Shown here piece by piece: positions 59,817 to 64,000 of a stretch of DNA of 64,000 nt (positions are counted from its first letter, which is position 1; each line of letters opens with the position of its first letter). The notes below the pieces were generated by a model that was not told where the DNA came from, did not search any database, and saw only the letters and a list, made by a program, of their open reading frames with translations. Origin of the DNA: Candidatus Bathyarchaeota archaeon (GTDB taxonomy: Archaea; Thermoproteota; Bathyarchaeia; Bathyarchaeales; Bathycorpusculaceae). Where the stretch lies: contig CAWGYA010000002.1 of NCBI GenBank assembly GCA_963826715.1, positions 352,001 through 416,000 of the forward strand, read 5' to 3'. Position numbers and translations under genes: made by a program.

Positions 59817-60595
59817 ATTTTCAAACTCTCCCTAAATGTTAATTGACAAATTTGGTCATTTTCCGATTTTTTCATAAACCAGCCGCACTTTTCAGCACAT
59901 GTTGGACATTTCTCTTTAAGGTAACGTGCATTACGTGCGTCACACTCCGCGTTCTCCGCTTGTTCTTGCTGTTCTTCTAATTCTTCCACCCTTGCTTGCT
60001 CAGCTGTCCTGTTAGCAGTTAACTGTTGAATATTCTGGGTTGTTTTGAAAACGTTATGTGCTTCACAGAAGCGATTAAAACTCTCAGGAGTAAATAAGTC
60101 ATGGTTCCAAGCCGCATAGACGGGGGCTAAGAGTCTTTCTTGTTCACCTTCACATAGTTTCCAATATCCAGGGGTTTTAAAGACTGCTATTTCTGCGTCG
60201 AATTGTTTTTTGAATTTGCGGGTTTCTTCTATTAGCCAATAGAATCGTGTGTAGAAGACCCAGTTGGCCATGGGGTCTTTTAGCGTAACAAAAGCATCTG
60301 TGAAGACTTGAAAAATCTCATATACTCTAGCCATAAACCGGCGGTTAGCTGCATCTACGATTGCTTGATCATCTGGTGACAGGGGGGTACAGGTGGTTTC
60401 TCCCCGATCGGCTGCTTGCTGCAATTCTTCTCCATAAGCCTCCAAGATATGGCTCGCTCGTCTATGTAACTCGTTTTCAGCTCGATCTAACTCTATGTCA
60501 CCGTTGTCCCATGTTATCTTTGTAGTGCCTTCGTGGGGAAGTTCAGGTAGGACATTTTTTTCTAATGCATGGAGTTTCCGGCTTAGGATATTCAT
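59813..60595 (-). CDS. hypothetical protein with C-terminal CxxC...C
   Basis: 260-aa ORF with ATGA overlaps on both sides. Confidence 0.7.
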   Translation of the reverse strand: MNILSRKLHALEKNVLPELPHEGTTKITWDNGDIELDRAENELHRRASHILEAYGEELQQAADRGETTCTPLSPDDQAIVDAANRRFMARVYEIFQVFTDAFVTLKDPMANWVFYTRFYWLIEETRKFKKQFDAEIAVFKTPGYWKLCEGEQERLLAPVYAAWNHDLFTPESFNRFCEAHNVFKTTQNIQQLTANRTAEQARVEELEEQQEQAENAECDARNARYLKEKCPTCAEKCGWFMKKSENDQICQLTFRESLKI

Positions 60596-60876
60596 TTCTT
60601 TTTATCCTCCGGTTTGGGTATTAATATGCTGTTTTTGAGCTTCTCCTCTAAAGTTATCACCCGAAGCTCCAACTCCTCATCCTTTAGCAAGGGACCATAG
60701 GCTGAAACTGCTGAAACCAAAACCCGTGCCCAACCCTGCTTTGCTTTATCGCTGTTTCCCTCGGAATGAATTTTTTTATGAGATAAACCTAATACACCGT
60801 CTAAAACACGAAACAACGTATTTCTACGCTCCTTTGTAGAACGGTTTGATGTTGGTTTCTTGGCGGTTTCAGCCAT
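60592..60876 (-). CDS. small helical protein (terminase-small-subunit-like tail)
   Basis: EELELRV..LEE coiled tail; first gene of the ParB operon. Confidence 0.6.
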   Translation of the reverse strand: MAETAKKPTSNRSTKERRNTLFRVLDGVLGLSHKKIHSEGNSDKAKQGWARVLVSAVSAYGPLLKDEELELRVITLEEKLKNSILIPKPEDKKK

Positions 60877-61427
60877 AGCTCATGCCTTCTTCTCTCCCTC
60901 GTGCTCTTTGCTTACGCGTCTTTAAACGCCAAATAGTTACGCAACTCAGTCGAATGCTTGAAGCCTTTACAGTTGTCCATGACATTGGTTGTTTTAGTTC
61001 AACCATTTAAAAACAGAATAATAATTGTAAGAATACCGGGTCAGAGGTAGGGTGAGAGGGCAAGTTACAACAAAAAACATAAAGTCTTTTTCCCTACCGT
61101 TTACCGCTTTATCTAGAACTACCTGCACAAAATAGCCCCACCATCGAGTCACTTTATAAAAATTAACATATAGTCACGCCCAAGTTGAAGACGGAAATAA
61201 TGAAATTTGATTGCCCCCTGCAACGACTAACTAACATTCAGGGGTTTTCCTCAAACTGTTTATAGCTAACTCAAATAAAAAGGCTTTTGATTAGTCGCAG
61301 ATCAATGAAAGAGACAGGCCCTCACCATGCATCATTGATTACTTCAATAGGAGAATTGACTGAAGAAGCACCGGATTATGTTAATTTAGACAAAAAAGAG
61401 TGGAGTTAAAAAAAATTTGAGCGTCTA

Positions 61428-62153
61428 TTATGAATATTTTTCAAGTAATTCTTTGACTGCTTTGAGCAACTCTGCAGGGTTTTCTTTAAACCGTTCGTCT
61501 AATCTGAAATGCGCTGGTTCCATCACTTCGGGTCGGACTACCCGTATTTTATCTCTGATGGTGCTTATGCGAGAGGCAAGGTTCAATTCGGGATATATTT
61601 CATCGATGACAGCAATAACTACTGAGTCTTCAGGTTGCAGGACTACTTGAGGGTCAAACCAGTGAGCCGGTTCCATGACTTCAGGTCTCACAGCTATTGC
61701 CTTACCGTGGGTTACAGTAGTCAATGTTGGAATCGTAAGCGTTGGTTTTCTGAAATGCGCTGGTTCCATCCAATCCGTCTTAAGTTTGAGTTTTAATGCA
61801 TCAAACCAAATGGCATACAAACAATATTTGCCAACGGACGCTTTGATAGGAGTCTCTTTTAGGTTGCTAAGTGCATGATTTAGTTCGCTTTCAAAAAGGG
61901 TTCCTCGTAGATTATCGCCGCCAATGGTGAGTTTGTTTACATTTCCTTTTTCACCGATTTCAACAACGATAGGAATAGTTGTTGTTACGACGAAACCAAT
62001 TTTTCTTGAAACACTATCAAAAGCATTATCGATAGCTTTTTGGTATTTTTCCTTGATTATTTTGTAAATTGCAAGCAGGTCTTCGTATTGTTTTATGATT
62101 CCGGGGTGTGCAGGTTCCATCCAGTCTCTAAGTCTAAGATTTTTTTCAGCCAA
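61428..62153 (-). CDS. protein with four MEPAH repeats (putative radical SAM substrate)
   Basis: DWMEPAHP, DWMEPAHF, EVMEPAHW, EVMEPAHF; TTG start behind AGGAGGTGA. Confidence 0.85.
   Translation of the reverse strand: MAEKNLRLRDWMEPAHPGIIKQYEDLLAIYKIIKEKYQKAIDNAFDSVSRKIGFVVTTTIPIVVEIGEKGNVNKLTIGGDNLRGTLFESELNHALSNLKETPIKASVGKYCLYAIWFDALKLKLKTDWMEPAHFRKPTLTIPTLTTVTHGKAIAVRPEVMEPAHWFDPQVVLQPEDSVVIAVIDEIYPELNLASRISTIRDKIRVVRPEVMEPAHFRLDERFKENPAELLKAVKELLEKYS
61503..61770. repeat. 22-bp perfect direct repeat encoding MEPAHFR
   Basis: TCTGAAATGCGCTGGTTCCATC at 61503-61524 and 61749-61770. Confidence 0.9.
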
Positions 62154-62157
62154 TTTC

Positions 62158-63906
62158 TCACCTCCTTTGGTCTTCTTCTAATTGTTTTTTGAAGAAGTTA
62201 TATGGAATTACATATGGAGAAAGCCCCATCAAATCAAGTATGCCCGCTTGGGGACCAAGAGATTGACTTTGGAAGCTAGATTTGTCATTGATTGAAAGTA
62301 CCGAGCTTTCTAAGCCGCCATTGGCATAAATTGCGGGCATCATTTTTATCGCGTTATCCCTGTTTTTGTAAGCTTCTTCCATCCAGTCAATGATAGCTTG
62401 ACCCTGCAACCGCAGCACACTACTTTTCTTATCGATTTGTGTACGCATTTGCTGAGTAAAGTTGGCGATGGCTGCTTCATCATGATTTTCTCCAGAAATG
62501 AAATCGTAAATCACACTTAGCCAATGATATGTATCAAGATTTGTCTGTTTTATGAAATTCTTAACTTCACTTCTCAGAGTTTCAGACAATAGGTTAGGGT
62601 AGAAACGCCTTAGCAGTTGGAAGTAGAAATCCACCTGCATGTTGAAGTAATGCAATCCATAGTCACTGAAATTGCGGTCAAAGAACGCATAATTAGCGAT
62701 TTGATGGAATAATTCGCATTTTGAATCTGCAAGACGATAATCGAAGCCGAAATAACTCCCTAACAGACGGTTTTCGGCAGTTAGTTTTGCTTCTAAACCT
62801 GTGCCTGCATAAGCTTCTGCTCGGCAAAAGTTAAACGGATTGTCAAGGTGCCTTTCCATGAAACGAATATTAAGCAGCAAATCTGCCATGGATGCGTCCG
62901 GCTCAAACATCAGAAAATTATAAGCAACATGGATATTGAAATCGTTGAGTACGGTGAGTGCGTTGAGAGTTTGCTCAAGGGTTTGTATTCGGTTTAAATT
63001 ATTTAGTCCATTAGCCGAAGCGTTTTCAACTCCCAAGAAAACCCTAAATAAGCCCAACTCATCAAGGATTTTTATGGATTCTCGATCTATGCTTTCAGGC
63101 CTTGCTTTGATAGCAATAGCGATTCCTTCAACTTTCTCTTGCTTTAAACGGTCTCGAAGAAGTCTAAAACGCTCAATTGCTTGCTGCTGATTGGGCAGGA
63201 AGAAATTATCATCCTGAAAATTAAAAATTCTTATTCCGTGCTCAAAGTACAGTTGCTTCATCTCTGCAACGATGTTTTCTACGCTGCGATAGCGGAATTT
63301 CTTACCTCCAGCCTGATTATACCAAGCGTTAATGCTGCAAAAAGCGCAGTTCCGCCAGCAACCGCGGCTGCTTAGAATGCTGCCGATTTTTTTCCCGAAA
63401 TACTCATGGAAATGCTCCCTTTTTGGGAAAGGCAAAGAATCCAAGTTTTCCCTGTTCCCATTTCCTTTGTTTGTGGAGATTTTGCCATCTGTATTTCGAT
63501 AACATAAAGCTGGAACCGATGCGAGTTTGTCGAGATTATTTGCCAGTGAGACCATAAGGTCTTCACCTTCACCTAAAGCAACCGAGTTTATAGCGGGGTA
63601 ATCAGTAAGTAGCTGTTCGCTGTTGAAAGACGCGAAATGTCCCCCGGCAACTATGTGGCCCTCGTAACCCGACTCTCGAATGCTTTTGGCTAAGTTGAGA
63701 AACTCTCTGGCCCGGCTGGTGAACACCATAGATAAACCTATGATTTGGGGGGTAAAGTTGAGGATGTCTTGAACTACTTTTGCTTGGTCGTAGTTTGAAT
63801 TGAAAGGAATTACTTGTGTTTGATGTTTATGCGCTTCAAGTGAGGCGGCTATGTAGCGTAGCCCCAGATTTTCTTCAAGTTCAGCTCCTACAAGTGCTAT
63901 TTTCAT
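62158..63906 (-). CDS. cobalamin-binding (class B) radical SAM enzyme
   Basis: LGLRYIAASL, IGLS, VAGGHFAS, GEGE (B12 domain); SSRGCWRNCAFC; DDNF; GVE. Confidence 0.93.
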   Translation of the reverse strand: MKIALVGAELEENLGLRYIAASLEAHKHQTQVIPFNSNYDQAKVVQDILNFTPQIIGLSMVFTSRAREFLNLAKSIRESGYEGHIVAGGHFASFNSEQLLTDYPAINSVALGEGEDLMVSLANNLDKLASVPALCYRNTDGKISTNKGNGNRENLDSLPFPKREHFHEYFGKKIGSILSSRGCWRNCAFCSINAWYNQAGGKKFRYRSVENIVAEMKQLYFEHGIRIFNFQDDNFFLPNQQQAIERFRLLRDRLKQEKVEGIAIAIKARPESIDRESIKILDELGLFRVFLGVENASANGLNNLNRIQTLEQTLNALTVLNDFNIHVAYNFLMFEPDASMADLLLNIRFMERHLDNPFNFCRAEAYAGTGLEAKLTAENRLLGSYFGFDYRLADSKCELFHQIANYAFFDRNFSDYGLHYFNMQVDFYFQLLRRFYPNLLSETLRSEVKNFIKQTNLDTYHWLSVIYDFISGENHDEAAIANFTQQMRTQIDKKSSVLRLQGQAIIDWMEEAYKNRDNAIKMMPAIYANGGLESSVLSINDKSSFQSQSLGPQAGILDLMGLSPYVIPYNFFKKQLEEDQRR

Positions 63907-64000
63907 TTTGTTTTTCTCCCAAAGTCTTAAATAGGCAGATGTCTGCTTTCAGCCGACTTATCTATTGTTTCTTAAAGTTCCCTGCTTGCTTTACCTAACT

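Larger units (their letters stand above)
48690..64000. mobile_element. integrative element at tRNA-Leu (right end not seen)
   Basis: tyrosine integrase ends 16 bp after the tRNA CCA; followed by small overlapping MGE-type ORFs, AbrB, ParB, gene fragments and cargo; no second tRNA-Leu 3' copy seen by eye. Confidence 0.75.

Noticed and set aside
1-64000. CRISPR array or cas genes
   Set aside because: No regularly spaced 25-45-bp repeats and no Cas motifs seen.
63907-64000. Upstream precursor or partner gene for the radical SAM enzyme
   Set aside because: All three minus-strand frames contain stops within these 94 bp; nothing supportable inside the window.

Overview
Archaeal chromosomal window, most likely Bathyarchaeia (TACK). 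The evidence is a fused RpoA'/A'', unsplit RpoB, the Cdv/ESCRT division operon, GGAGG/GGTGA SD sites, frequent TTG starts and an intron-bearing tRNA-Leu. About 1-48.7 kb is mostly core: tRNA-Ile, ligase, ino1, rpl12, LipS1/LipS2, pyrD/pyrK, cdvB1-cdvA-cdvB-cdvC, cdc6, an Smc5/6-like ATPase-kleisin-KITE operon, aIF2-alpha and rpoB-rpoA-rpl30e-nusA. From the 3' end of tRNA-Leu(CAA) (48689) to the window end lies a tyrosine-integrase element whose far att site is not visible. Best candidates for something new: (1) a B12-dependent radical SAM enzyme translationally coupled to a protein with four MEPAH repeats, a putative multi-core RiPP/PTM substrate; (2) a ParB / ABC-ATPase / Mom-like GNAT cassette joined by an A9 slippery site plus hairpin (putative -1 frameshift); (3) cdvA and cdvB in one reading frame separated by a single TAG, with no canonical cdvB start; (4) a 1.46-kb inverted-repeat-bounded insert flanked by a duplication of the rpl12 3' end. 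All calls come from reading motifs by eye; no searches were run.
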